The notes under the pieces were generated by a model. That model was not told the DNA's origin, did no database searches, and worked only from the letters and a program-made list of their open reading frames with translations. The translations under genes and the position numbers were made by a program. A stretch of DNA of 44,303 nucleotides from Enoplolaimus lenunculus (lineage: Eukaryota). Of the stretch, positions 21,101 through 33,171 are shown in pieces (position 1 is the stretch's first letter; the number at the start of each line of letters is the position of its first letter). The DNA lies in NCBI GenBank assembly GCA_030248215.1, contig JASANG010001881.1:558001-602303 (forward strand). Direction: 5' to 3'.

Positions 21101-24100
21101 CTGGCCACAAACGTGAATCAAATTTAAAATATTGCCAAGCCCGTTTTGCTTTTGGATAATTTATAACAAAATTTGTCTTAAATAAAATCATTATTGTAAA
21201 ATTTTTAAGTTTATTTGACACCAAACTCATTCCGACAATCCCTGTAGGATCATTTCAAATTAATAGCTCACGTTACCATTTGGATGCTTGCTGCATGTTG
21301 TTAATATCCTTAAAACCATGCTTACAAATCAAATGTACGCGAAAGGACGTTTGTATATACTTTGTAGACTCAAATGTTTGAAACTTAAGCTTAATTTGAA
21401 TTTCAGACCTAAGCCCGTATTCTCAAGTGTGTGTAGCACCTATTACCTGTTAGTGACACAAGTCCAGCAACTTTGGAACCAGCACATGGTTATTTTCGAA
21501 ATTCAGCACATTGTTCATTTTGAGTTGTGCAATAATTGCAGATGTTTGTCAATTGGATAACCTATCGCTAACTGATGATAAGTGCTATACACGTTTGAGA
21601 GTACGAGCCCTTAACTCAGTTCAGGTTCTTTTTTAAAATTTGGCTTTGACATTTAAACTTCGTCTGAAACTTTTTTATTAAAGTAGTAAAAACTTACCAA
21701 ATTTAGCAACATCTTTATCGTCAATGAATCCTTCTTGCTGCAGCGTTTTACCAAATTCTGTCAAACCACAAGTCCCAAAACAGGTTTTAAAGGATTTCGG
21801 TAACATTTCCATTAGGATCGACTTGGCACACAGCGGACGAGATATTTGTTTATACGAACACCCGCTGTAAACAATAAAAGTGGCGCTATATTTTTCATCT
21901 TTTGACACATGAATATTTTCGCTTTCATGTGAGATGTAAATTCAAGGTAAGATTCGATTCCCAGTCACTTAGGTGGGAGGCGTTTACGTTGACCACTCAG
22001 CTATAGGAGCTTGACGCTCCAACCCGACGGGGCTCTCACGTGTTGTAGAGATTTTGCACTTCGCATATATGTTAGAACTATTAAACGCTGTTCGCAGTGT
22101 CTGTGTTGCTCGTATATTATTTGTATTTAGTTGCTCATAGTATACTGTATGAGTTAAAGGGTTAAATAATTTTTCAGGACAACAACTATGGTTTGCAACG
22201 GAAAGCAATGTCCTTATCTTTCTACTGTCATCTTGGCAACTTACAGTATGAAGCCTGCATTAAAAGAATGTTACAAAAACTTTCTAATCAACAATATACA
22301 TCTCTGCCAGTCACAGTATCAATTCCTGGTTGAAGGTACGTAAATATTGGAGCCTTTGGCTATCGTCCAGTACTGTCTGGTAATCATCATAATACGGCAA
22401 CGGGGTTCAAAAATAAGAACAAGTGTCCCCCCCAGCAGGTATTCATTTCCGTCAGGTAAAGACATTTTCTGGTTTAATTAACGATTGTTTGCAATTTAAC
22501 AAATGCAATTTAACAAATTTGAATGTTTTACAGGTTAAGTATTATTCACTTTTGCAAAATACAACGACGCCGGTATCGGTTCTATGCTGGAACGATGCCC
22601 AAAATACGTATATTTGTTTGTTCTGGCTTTAATAATATAGATTACGGTTTGAAGTCGTATGAAAATGTTTAAACGTAAATTTGAGAGAAAACTTTTAATA
22701 CAAACCTGCCCATTTTTTGTAATAAACAATTTTGGCCATCTTTTACAATGGTTGTGAAAATTTTTTTGAGTCGTAAAAACGCTTCGCCAAGTGTTGATTC
22801 GAGTCCATCAACTGTCCCTGGTGGGGCACATTTGTCAAATGGGGTTCCATCAATGCATCTGTAAAACTGTATCAGTTTAAAGGCTCATGTACATTTCAGT
22901 CACATTTAAAGTTAAGACTTAACCTCTCAGGTATGCAGACACTTGAAAATATATCATATGACTGTCGAACAAAATTTGCACAAAATAATATGATATTTCA
23001 GCACAAATAGTTACTGTCACATCATGATAGCTCGTAGCTCAATTTTTTAATTTGACAGCGTTTTATAACATTTAAACAAAATGTTACCCGCTATTGTGGA
23101 TAAGACAAAACGGGCTCCGTAAGCCTAAACCTAACTTTGCCTAAGCCTAAACCTAAACGGAATACTACTCGACAAAGCGTACAAGAAACGGTTTAAATAT
23201 TGGAAGTTTGGTTGAGAGCCTGGTGCATACCGTTTCAAAATTTAATTTTGTGCAAAATTTGAAAACAAATTTGTTCTTCTATAAATATCTGAAATAGTTC
23301 ATTGACCTCTGATGAAATTAACTAAAATAAGTTACCACCCCTAATTTTTCAGTATCCTCAAAAAATAAAAAGTTAGAATGGTAAAGTACTACTTAATAAT
23401 TTTAAATGTCTTGTGGCGTCTTCCAGCGTCGCTTGACACAACGCGGCGTCGTACGCGAATTGTCAAGCAGCGATGGACGACACTGTAAGACAATTTTTTA
23501 AAGAATTTTTTTTTACTTTCATTCACTGCAAGTGAACGAGATCCTGATACTAATCAGCGCTTCAAATTTACTCTCGCGTTAAAAACTGATACAACTTTGG
23601 GCTCATATAAAGATCATGGGCGGAACGTTTTTCTGTGAAACTACCAAAGAGTAAGCTTGAGGTTTAGACTATTTTTTGATTGGCTTAGGCTTAGAAATAT
23701 GCTCATAACATACTGTTTCGCCTCTGTTGTTTACATTGGCCCAACTTTGGTTCGAACTGAATCCTAAAAAATACCGCAGTTTTAAAAATGGTAAATTTTC
23801 GACCTCAAAAATTTTGGGATTTTATTTGAAAAAAATATTTGTAAAACTTTACTCTGCAGTGCATCGAAACTTTGTTTCGCCTAAAAATTCAAAAACTTTA
23901 AAATATCGCTCAGTTCGCTCGCGCATATGCGCTAAGCATTGTGGAAGCGTAGTTGGATGCCGATGATGTTTTTCTTCGTACGCAATCCGTTTGACCAGCT
24001 TGTACGGACCAGCAAATACGTCATATGGATCTTTCAAGCCACCGCCACATAACTAAAAGTTTAAGTAACTACAGGAATATGAAAAAGCCCAGCTTAAGGA

Positions 24101-25069
24101 CTCTTGAAATCCTTTAAAGGTTTGATAACTGAGTTTAAGCAACGTTAGCGTAATTACAAGGTTTCGCCCATGTCAAGATGAGAGGCGGAACGGTTTTCTA
24201 TGGGATTGCACCAGAGTAAGCTAAAGCTTTAGACTAATTTTTATGCTTGGCTTAGGCTTAGGCTTTGGCATGGGACTACGCTTATTATACTGTTCCGCCC
24301 CTGTTCTTTACATTGGCCCAAGGTTTTGTGTTATGGTTTGTGAGTAAATCAGGGTCTCCGGCACGGCGATTTAAAGAAATCTGTGGACATAATAAAATAT
24401 TTGTTGATGGGTATTTAACCACTGAGATTTAGAAGATTAGAATTTCAAAATAAGTGAAACGCTAATTGCATCTGGCATCTAGACCTTAAATTGGTATACG
24501 GTTTGATGAAACTGTTGTTGTTCGAATTGGTATAATTGTAATAGTGCCGACACTTCTGGTGTAAGTCAATTTGTCTCAGCCCAGCAGTATAAAATTAAAC
24601 TTAATTAACCTAAATGAGATCCTGACGCCGCCCCGATTTTAATAAAAGCAACTGCCGGTGCAAAATTCAACCTTCAGTCCAGTCGCGAGTAAGTTGTCGC
24701 TCACTGGTTAGAATGTTTGACAGGTAGCGCTGAGGTTGTGAGTTCGGGGCGTTCAAGTTTCAACTTTCTCAACTTGTGTGTTGTATTGTTTTGAATTCCA
24801 GGTTTATTGTCGTAACGTGGATTCAGTGGCTGCGCTGTATAAGAGTAAAAAAACCTGGCGAGGAACAAGCGAAACTCAATTTTAGAAGTAAATCTAAGCA
24901 CAAAATTTCAGATATAATCCGTGTTGAGAGGCAATGCCTCGATGGCTAAAATTAGATACGCTAGTGTAAGTTATGCTAATTTAACGCAACGCACACGAAG
25001 AAGTAATTAACTCACAGCATTTGGTGCCAATACAACCACAACTGCAACGAGTAGATTCCACCGAAACAT
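18108..25069 (-). CDS. Uncharacterised secreted cysteine-rich protein, 9 exons, about 411-422 aa
   Basis: Minus-strand exons 25069-25016 (MFRWNLLVAVVVVLAPNA), 24052-23853, 22858-22706, 21864-21698, 20952-20832, 20191-20091, 19517-19292, 18868 (or 18835)-18696 and 18181-18108 (TAG). Each intron is GT-AG and the phases chain 0,2,2,1,2,1,2,1 with no internal stop. Four exons overlap ORF-track entries (23849-24037, 21678-21908, 19288-19536, 18613-18855). Confidence 0.8.
18992..19256. mobile_element. MITE with TIRs of about 55 bp (PIF/Harbinger-like or Kolobok-like ends)
   Basis: GCCCCATTCACACGTGCTAGTTTTTTTGCGAGAACTTGCAGCTGC ... GCAGCTGCAAGTTCTCGCAGCAAAAACTTGCACGTGTGAATTGGGC. Homologous copy at 43733-44131. 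Confidence 0.78.
19836..20024 (+). mobile_element. TTAGGC-carrying MITE, subfamily A
   Basis: GACTCATGTAAAGATCAGGAACGGAA ... TTCCGTCCCAGCTCATTACATTGGCC. Colinear with 33-230. No TSD seen. Confidence 0.8.
20529..20791 (-). mobile_element. TTAGGC-carrying MITE, subfamily C
   Basis: GGCCACTGTATAGACCAGAGCCG ... TCCGGCCCTGTTCAATACATGGGCC. Two diverged copies of the GAGCCTATTCCTA spacer lie between GCCTAA/GCGTAA blocks. Confidence 0.8.
21413..21608. mobile_element. Inverted-repeat MITE (Harbinger-like ends)
   Basis: GCCCGTATTCTCAAGTGTGTGTAGCACCTAT ... ATAAGTGCTATACACGTTTGAGAGTACGAGC. Confidence 0.65.
21944..22010 (-). pseudogene. tRNA-derived remnant or SINE head
   Basis: The minus strand reads GCTCCTATAGCTGAGTGGTC (A-box-like) ... 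GGGAATCGAATC (B-box-like) at tRNA spacing, but the acceptor stem does not pair. Confidence 0.4.
23404..23497. repeat. Imperfect hairpin, probable MITE remnant
   Basis: AAATGTCTT..GTC..CCAGCG..GCTTGACA ... TGTCAAGC..CGATGG..GAC..AAGACAATT. Confidence 0.5.
23600..23741 (+). mobile_element. TTAGGC-carrying MITE, subfamily A (short)
   Basis: GGCTCATATAAAGATCATGGGCGGAA ... TTTCGCCTCTGTTGTTTACATTGGCC. Exact 8-bp TSD CAACTTTG. Confidence 0.88.
24165..24318 (+). mobile_element. TTAGGC-carrying MITE, subfamily A
   Basis: (C)GCCCATGTCAAGATGAGAGGCGGAA ... TTCCGCCCCTGTTCTTTACATTGGCC. Exact 8-bp TSD CAAGGTTT. Confidence 0.88.
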
Positions 25070-27424
25070 TGCTTGTAAGACGGTAAAATTTATCAATGGT
25101 TGTATTAAACACTTATTCTCTAAAACCGTAAACAAACTCGATTTAAGCTTAAAATAATCTTGTTGTACTAACGTAACTTTCTATTTTAACTAAATATAGT
25201 TGTTGCTAGCGCTTAAACTGATTGAAATATTCATTCATTTCTAATTTAAACAAAACTAAATTGAACTATGGAAACTTTAAGACATTCGTCTAAAACGTGG
25301 TTTAGACGCAAAGTTTTTAAATTTTATATATCGGTCATTACTTTAAAGTTTATTTTAGCCCATTTGGCCAAAAGGTGTCGTAATACAAGTCATTTGGCAT
25401 ATTTTAACGTTTAAACAATATTGTGTGGTAAAACTTAAAATAACGAATTCGGAACGTTCACATTGAACGCTGATTATCATATTCATTTCACAGTATATTT
25501 ATGCGCCATTCATTTTATCGTGTGCCCGCCGTGTTGAAAATTGACGCAACCATTTCCAAGTACGGTTTTGAAAACGGTTTGAGAAGACAATTGAATTTCA
25601 AAAGTATTTCAATTTCCCACAATTATCGAATTTTCAAACTCAAGTAGTTAATTGGTAAGATTATTTGATGTTCAATTCACCACTACCGATATTTAAAACA
25701 AGGACAATGGGAAATTGCGCCATTTTCCAAATTCAATTTCCGCTTAGCCTTCACACATGAATTACCCATGTGGAAATTGAAAGACAAGCATAAATTTTAA
25801 CAATTTAAGGTTATTGTCCTTCTTATCGAAAATTGAATTTACAGTTTACAATTTTAGTTGTAATATTGTCTTCACAAAGGTTGAAATTTTGCAACTCAAA
25901 CTGAAAATAAAAAGATCGCAATGAGAGTTGCTAGAAATGATGTTTGATGGGCCACCCAACTCACAAGGGGGAAATTTTGCGATTGAAACTTCAACTGAAA
26001 GTAGTAACTGAATGTGATGGACCACCTAAGTCACAGGGTTGAAATTTTGCACTAAATTTGAAGTTTTAAGAAACTGCAAGGAAAAGCGTACAAGATCAGT
26101 GATTAGTAAACATGTTGCTTGCCGATGGTCAAATCAACTTCCTGTATCACGATATCACCATACAGTTCGGGAATCAAGTATGCAATATGAACACCTAGAG
26201 CGAAAATCCAGATATGGGGAAACCCATTCAAGGGCACTGCATTTATTTGTAAGCAGACTAAATAGGGTTGGGCCCGTAGCCAAGGACAGGGACAAGGGTG
26301 GCTCAACCCCCCAATTGATCCAAAAAAGTTTAAAAATATTTAAAATTGTGTTAACTCAGCTCAAAAAATCGTGTCGCGCTCGCGAATACTTCGTTTTGCA
26401 ATCCAATTTTTCATCCAGCAACATTCAAAAACTGACTGTTTGTATTAACCAAGATAGTCAGTTTTACACTTAAATTAAACCAATTTTTGCTAAAAAAGTA
26501 GCAATTTGTCGTATTCGCGCTAATTTTTTGTTAAATAAAATGTCTCAAATATGGCTGATTTTGAGTAAAATTGGCTGAAAATTTTTACAAATGTCAAAAC
26601 ATACCGGATGTTCGTCTGTCGTTAAATTAGCAGCGATTCGTGTATGGAAAAAAGCAAAAATGCTACATTTATTGCAAACATTTATGGATTGACAGAGCAT
26701 CGGCTGCTACAATTTGAATTATCGAATTTTATAGAATTTTAAACTTTTTTGAAATAATTAAAATTTTAGTTTGAAATGTAGAAATATTTGTTGCTTAGCT
26801 GAAACTAAGGGGAAACTAACGCTGATGGTTCCAGCTGGCGGTTTTTGATGACATATGATTGACTTATGCTCATGAGTGTACGCTCAAAATAATATTTCTA
26901 TTTAAGAAAAAATTTCTTAAATTTAAAAACCATGGTTAACAAGGTGCACTTGAAAGTATTTTTGTTATAACAGATAAGTTTCCGAAAATGTTTTGAAATA
27001 AAGTCTAAAAATAAACGTTTTCCAGTTATTTTTAGAAAAATTCTCTTACATATCAGAAAATCTTTTCTGACTTGCCACAGAAAAGCTTTTCTGAAAAAGT
27101 TCAGAAATACTTTTTTGTGCGAGCCAATGTTTTAGAAAGACGGTCACGACGTACGAAAATTTCCAAGAAAGTTTCTTGTTTTAACAACGGAAAAAGTTCC
27201 TGAAACCCTGTCCAAAAATCCCGATGAATGCGATTTGTCCTCTGGAAACCTTGCATGATTGCTCCCTTGGTTGTAGTCAGACTATTCCACCGACGAACCC
27301 GGTTTATAATATGAGGGAGGAAAATTTTAAACAACGGACACCTGTGTGTTTCTATTTTAGGGCTTGGATTAAAAAAGTAGCAATTTTAAAATTAGCCTGC
27401 CGCTAACCAAAAAATATGTTCAGC

Positions 27425-27567
27425 CGGGCCCGTAGCCAAGGGGAAGAGGGGTAAGCCCCCCTCCATGAAAATTTTTAACCTTGCTTGTAAATCATTAAAA
27501 ACCCTTGACTACCCCTCTTGAAAAATTTGTTAGCCCCCTAACAAGGTGGGCTGGCTACACGGACCTG
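27425..27567. mobile_element. hAT-like MITE
   Basis: CGGGCCCGTAGCCA ... TGGCTACACGGACCTG. The same end, GGGCCCGTAGCCAAGG, recurs at about 26270. Confidence 0.55.
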
Positions 27568-28669
27568 TGTGAGGTTTCCAGTTTCCTTCTGGGGGAGATT
27601 ATTGTGAACGGCGCTTTAGATCAGAAATTGAGCTGTGTTTTACGGTATACTGTATTACTGTAATATTGCAAGAAAGTTTATTTGACATAATTTGAACAAA
27701 AAACTGGCAAACAACAAATGACATATGAAAAAAGACGAAAATGCAAAAATATTAACTTAAAAACCTGTTTTAAATCAATTGATAGACCATGTTTTTTTCG
27801 ATTTTGGCTGGCACCAAATTTTAAACCAAAATAACATCAATTATACCAAACCAGAAAATACTGTATTGAGTATTAAACTGGTCAAATTTTAAATACATGC
27901 GAGCCAATGTTTGAAATTATGCCTCGTGTACAGATCGAGCAGACTGTTTTTCCACAGGACTGCAACAAAGTAAGATATTTGAGCTTCTCATGGTGTTCCC
28001 TGATCATTTCGCAAACAGATTTGATTTTCAAACTATTCGAACTTTTGGGGTCCTAACACTCTTCTTGGGATTGAAATATTTCGTCAAAAAAGTAACATAT
28101 ATTAATCAGACGATGTACCTGTATGGCGCTGAGTAAACGGTGTTAAAATTTCCTCTGCAAAACTCGTGGTTTACAGGTTATGGATAAATGGCTGATTCGG
28201 CATCACCCTAAGTGGTTGGCTGAGGGTCAAATCAGTTTTCGATCATAACTCCGGATCTACATTGACAAGTACAGTGGATACCTAATAACAGTAGCCCTAA
28301 AACGAGAAACGCAACGAAAAACATTATAAAATCAGTAAAACAAGAACGGGATTAATGCCGGATTCTGCCTCGATTCCAATACCAAATCAACGCTAAATTT
28401 ATACTTAAGTGTTGTAATCTGAACACAAAAAAATAGCGTCAAGTATTTCGCTTGCGATATTTGATCACCAAACTTACTTGTTTCCGTTCTAAGCTGCCTT
28501 AAAACACGGTATGGGTGTTTTCGTTTTGCTGGCTTATACCGCTAAACACGGCTGTTCATATCGGGTCAGTTTTGCCAATGTAAAACGCAAATCTCCAATT
28601 TTTCTCGTTATGATTTATTCATATTTACAGAAACTATTCAACGTCACATTTACCCATAAGTCAATCTGA

Positions 28670-29579
28670 TCACAGTAAAATGTCATTTACGTAACAAACA
28701 AATTGTGAAGCATCAACGTTTCGCGATGGAAATATTGTATCATTGGTTGAAATATTGAAATTTGAATTTTGACTCAACGAATTACTCTGCATTCCGTGGT
28801 TTTTGTCAACATTAATTTTATTTTTTGAAATTTGACTCAAACCAAAAGTATGACATGAAATGTCATTTTGTTGAGTTGATATGTTTGTTTTAACTGTTGG
28901 AGATGATTGTAACGTTTCAGCGTCATTTAAGTTTTTAGGCGAAAATTGTTTTAGTTGTTTTCGACCTTCTAAATTGAAGTCTAAATTCAAATTTAACGAT
29001 TCGAACGGTACATGAAACTTTCGACGAAGCTCCAAGTCAGTCCGCTGGGTCAAAGATCTTTTATCAGTTTGTCCGTAACGATCATATTTGACATTCGTAC
29101 TTGTCGTCAGGAGGCCGTTGTTTTCTGAAGTCCAAAGTTGGTCCTGAACATTTCCACAGCCATTATTTACCAAGGTAGGTTTACCGATTTTAACGTCAGG
29201 TTCGCATATTAATGGTGATTTCTCTTCGATCAGAACACTCGGTTGCTGGACGGCGTTACAATGTCGCTTTCCTTTGACATCATTCCGTTGGCACAACGAG
29301 GTAACTGTACTGAAACCTGATTGGCTGGCGCTCTGTGAGCTACTATGCGTGTTCGGTCGTAATGTTCGATTGTTATTGGCTGATCCTGAATCGTTTGTGA
29401 CGTTTTGTGACTTTATCGGGGGCGTGCTTGAATCTGATTGGCTGTCGTTTTGTCTGATTTCATTTTGGTGATCGAGCGAGTTTTGAAAGGGTAAATTAGG
29501 TTCCTGTTCGAATTTGCTTGGCACTGGAGATGTCATTTTGCGGCGAAAGCTGTCAAATTGACTTAAATTAAACGGAGCC

Positions 29580-29643
<64 letters not shown>

Positions 29644-32600
29644 GCTGTTGTTGTTGTTTTTGTTGTTGCTGTTGTTTTCTGGATGAAGGACGTGTTATAT
29701 TGGTGAGTTGGGCTGTAAACGTACCGCGATAGGTTGTATTGAATACACCGTAGAAAATGGGGTTCAGTGCTGAATTTGCGTATGGCAAAATGTGAATTAT
29801 GCTGACAAATACTTTGACGGGCAGAGTTGGAGTGATTCGTAGGACACCTGTAAATTAAAATAACGTCACTTATAAAATACAAACTATTATGAATATTTCT
29901 AAAACATTAAGATGGCGTCAACTGGTGATAAATTTTAAAATTGGCATTTTCAAATCCGACCACTTACGTCATCAGGGATGCACTGATCAGAACTGACCTA
30001 TCGACCAAACGTCCGGATGGCCGATGGGAATATTCTGGTCACTCAATTGCCCAATGGGCAGGTCACTCAATGTATAGTGAAAGATCGTGGTTGTGAATCA
30101 GCGATGGGTCGATTTCGAAAAACCAGGATATGCCGGTTTTAGTACCAGAAAACCCCATCGCCTCATCTTCAAAAAGTTCACGAAACCACATAATTTTCAA
30201 AGTTTTCTACACCCGTTGATCCCACCGTCGGTCACACTTGGTGTCAAATCCCAAAATGACGACATATCCATAGTAATTTACTGCTTGAATACTCGGAACA
30301 ATTCAAGCTTCCCGTTAAAAGTAACATTTAAACTGTCACCCCAGCAAGGGTATGAATTAAAGCTTTGCTTGTGAGCGTTGAGTGAAACAAATCATAAATT
30401 TACAGTACGGAAATGGAATGGGTGACATTCAAAAACATTTAATTTTCATTGAAGTTGACCTCGTGGACCAGTAAAATAGTGTTTACACTAAACCCACGAA
30501 CCTGATATAAGTACAATATTCAGTATCCAATACGGTGTCCAGCAAATTAAATGAAAAACACTGACAGCGATGATGATCTTGGTTATCCGTTTGTAGTGTC
30601 TTTCGCGTTCAATATGACTGTTGCGATGATTTACAAGATGATACGGGTTATTAATGCTGCTACTCTGTGAAGTGGATACTCGATTTTTATTGGTCCTCGA
30701 ATTGTAATATCTTGTCGTTAATCGTCCAATCGTGTTCATCCATTTTCCAGATCGTAAATTTTTCGGCCGAGTCTTCCAGGTTTCGATTCCACGCTGATTC
30801 GACGCGATCTCGGCGTGGCTATTCCGAGCTGTAGTCGATAGCATTTCCAGCGATTTGGTTTGATGTTGATTTACCTCCATCACTGATTGGTTAAACGGCG
30901 TCTGATGCGATTGCGCTTCCAGGGTTTTGATTGGATGTTCATTCAACGCGATGTCCGACTGGTTAATGGGCGCCATTTTCGCTTGTGTTTCTTGCGTTTT
31001 GACTGGTTGATGACTAGACGCGATAAATGATTGCTTAATCGGAGTCAAATTCGATATCTTTTCCTCTGTTTCGATTCGTTGTTCATTCACAGTAATGGAT
31101 GTTTGATTAATTGAAGTCCGACAAGATGATTTCCCAATGTGGCTTGTTTTAAGATTGGTTAGTGACCGTTTGCTTCTGGCTATTATCTGTTCAAATTTCG
31201 TCGGAAATAAAGTTGATATTTCGTGGTTATAGGTTTCTCCTGCATGTATTCGAAGCTCTCGCTGATTCCCAGTAGAAGTACTAATTGACCGGCGTTGATT
31301 TATACCAGCTACTAAGTAGCCATCCGCACAGGCATTGCCGTAGTTGTCGTTGATTTGATGAAATCCGTTTACAGGAGCTGATGATTTTTGGACACCTGGT
31401 ATTAGAATAGACGGGTTTTCGGGCAATTTTGGATCCAAAGTTGGCGATGGAGAACAGATGCTATTGACGGCGCCACCGTTCGCGATCCGCTGCCGGCATC
31501 CGTACTGAAAATGAGCCTGGTTTGCCGATAATTTTGACAGTTTTTGTAGGACCAACGCGTAGAATCCGACCAGAAAAACAATTGGAATGATGAAAAGGGT
31601 CAAAAAACACAGTGACGCGTAGTAAAATTCGCCTCCGTACGCCAAAGTGGGCGGCCTAAAAGGCCGGCTAATATTTGGATTCAAAGAAAATGAAAAATTT
31701 CCAAACGCATAAATCGAACCACCGCCTCGATTTGGTGATGCCTGAGGAGCAAACGTTATTGGTGGCGTCTCTGGATCTGTTAAATTATCGAAATCTAAAA
31801 GACTCCAGCTGCTGCTGCTGTTTGCCTTCGACAGCATCGTACTCGGACCAAGCAATGTAGCGGATGCAGGATCAAAGCGATCCACGCCGGTAGCCGAAAC
31901 ATCGAGGCGGCTGCCATCACTGCGATTTAAGCGGCTGGCAGCAACATCAAAGCGATTGCCGCCGCCACTGACGGCAGTCGATTTGATCCGTGGCCATCGT
32001 ATTGCACAGTAGTAGCGTTGACCACCGTGAACGTTGACGCTAAAATGATCCGTGTAGATCAAAATTGGGGTCAACAAAATCAGCACCCATGCCCAACAAC
32101 ATACAACAATACCGTAAGCCACTGGTTTGGAATGCCGCCATCTTGAAGAAGTAACTGGTTTACAAACAGCCGAATATCGTTCGAACGCAAGCGCGACTAT
32201 GAATAAAACACTTGCCGATTTGTTGATTTGTTCAATCATCCAATAAGCTCGGCATAAAGCCTCTCCAAATATCCATTGGCGCAGCCATTGTATCGTAACC
32301 GTGAGCGGAATCGACGAAATCAGCGTTGCGTCTGCGATACTTAAATTGACAACGTACAAATTTGCAGCTGTGTGTTTTGTAAATTGGGTACGAAGGGCGA
32401 CAAATATAAATACAATATTGCTCAGACCGACAAAAAACAACACCATGTACGCTGATGATAACGCTATTTGAAATGGGGTCACTGGCGGCACTGGCGCTGG
32501 GCTGTGGCTGCTAACTTGTTTTGTCATCGCTTCAATGGCTTTTGATGTTGCCTCTGTGGTTGTCATTAGCTTTGATGTTACCGCCGAGGTTGCCATTACA

Positions 32601-32800
32601 TTTGATGTTGTTTCCATTACCTTTGATCCTGCCGTTGTTACCGACATTAGCTTTGATGATACCGCAAATACGTTCAATGCTGCCGACGCCACGGCTTTTG
32701 AATATGCCGACACTGTAGCTAATGTACGGATATCGGAATAACTGTCGATGTTATGGTGCGTTGACGATAACGATGATGAGATTAGTGTAAAATTAGCCAT
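28670..32800 (-). CDS. Class A (rhodopsin-like) neuropeptide GPCR, somatostatin/allatostatin-C/opioid-receptor-like, about 1,158 aa, 2 coding exons
   Basis: Exons 32800-30502 (ATG, MANFT...) and 29847-28670, joined by a phase-1 GT-AG intron giving ...LISG|VLRITPTLPVKVFVSIIHILPYANSALNPIFY. Motifs: TM2 NLYVVNLSIAD, ECL1 WIFGEALC, TM3 ERYSAVCKP, TM4 W..P, ECL2 Cys (YCAIRWP), TM5 FIIP..FY, TM6 CWTPYW, TM7 YANSALNPIFY. The subfamily call rests on motif resemblance only. Confidence 0.88.
29579..29674 (-). repeat. (CAA)n microsatellite encoding polyglutamine (Q5-K-Q26) in the GPCR C-terminal tail
   Basis: (GTT)n run on the plus strand, in frame with ORF 28670-29788. Confidence 0.95.
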
Positions 32801-32821
32801 AGGTTTGGTATCAAGTGGATC

Positions 32822-32836
32822 CTGGAGAAACAAATT
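32822..32836 (-). promoter_or_regulatory. 3' splice acceptor about 21 nt upstream of the GPCR ATG (5'UTR intron or trans-splice site)
   Basis: The minus strand reads aatttgtttctccag|GATCCACTTGATACCAAACCTATGG. Confidence 0.5.
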
Positions 32837-33171
32837 GATTGATTACAATGGACATTTCATAATTGTAAAATATTGTGTTTATATCAATAGCTACAATTTT
32901 TCATTTTAGGTTACTGAAATGATCAAAGCGCTGGTCACCAAAGTGATTGCTAATTGGCCGAAACTAACCAGACATCCGGTTTGGGTCAAATTGATGTCCG
33001 CTCCCGGCATGAGAGTAACGGTTATTACATTGTTTTCATGATCATATTGTTCATGGTGTAAACGGATAGTAAAAATAAACGCAAAACGCCAAACTGTTTT
33101 TTCGGAGGGGTGACTGATTTTAAGTTTTGTCTTATCTTTGTATGTTTAAATTTTTTATGATTAAAATGTCA

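Noticed and set aside
22240..22640. Protein-like short frames within intron 3 of the Cys-rich gene (e.g. LPYYDDYQTVLDDSQRLQYL)
   Set aside because: They are interrupted by stops with weak splice sites, and exons 3 and 4 already join in phase without them. An alternative exon cannot be excluded.
24696..24755. tRNA-like A/B boxes (a similar weak signal occurs at about 39278-39378)
   Set aside because: No cloverleaf can be formed. At most these are decayed SINE fragments.
26039..26473. 144-aa ORF
   Set aside because: TTG start, no recognisable motif or splice context, and it spans a MITE end at about 26270.
29568..29882. Poly-Thr ORF
   Set aside because: It is an alternative frame of the CAA tract. 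The polyQ frame is the one continuous with TM7 NPxxY.
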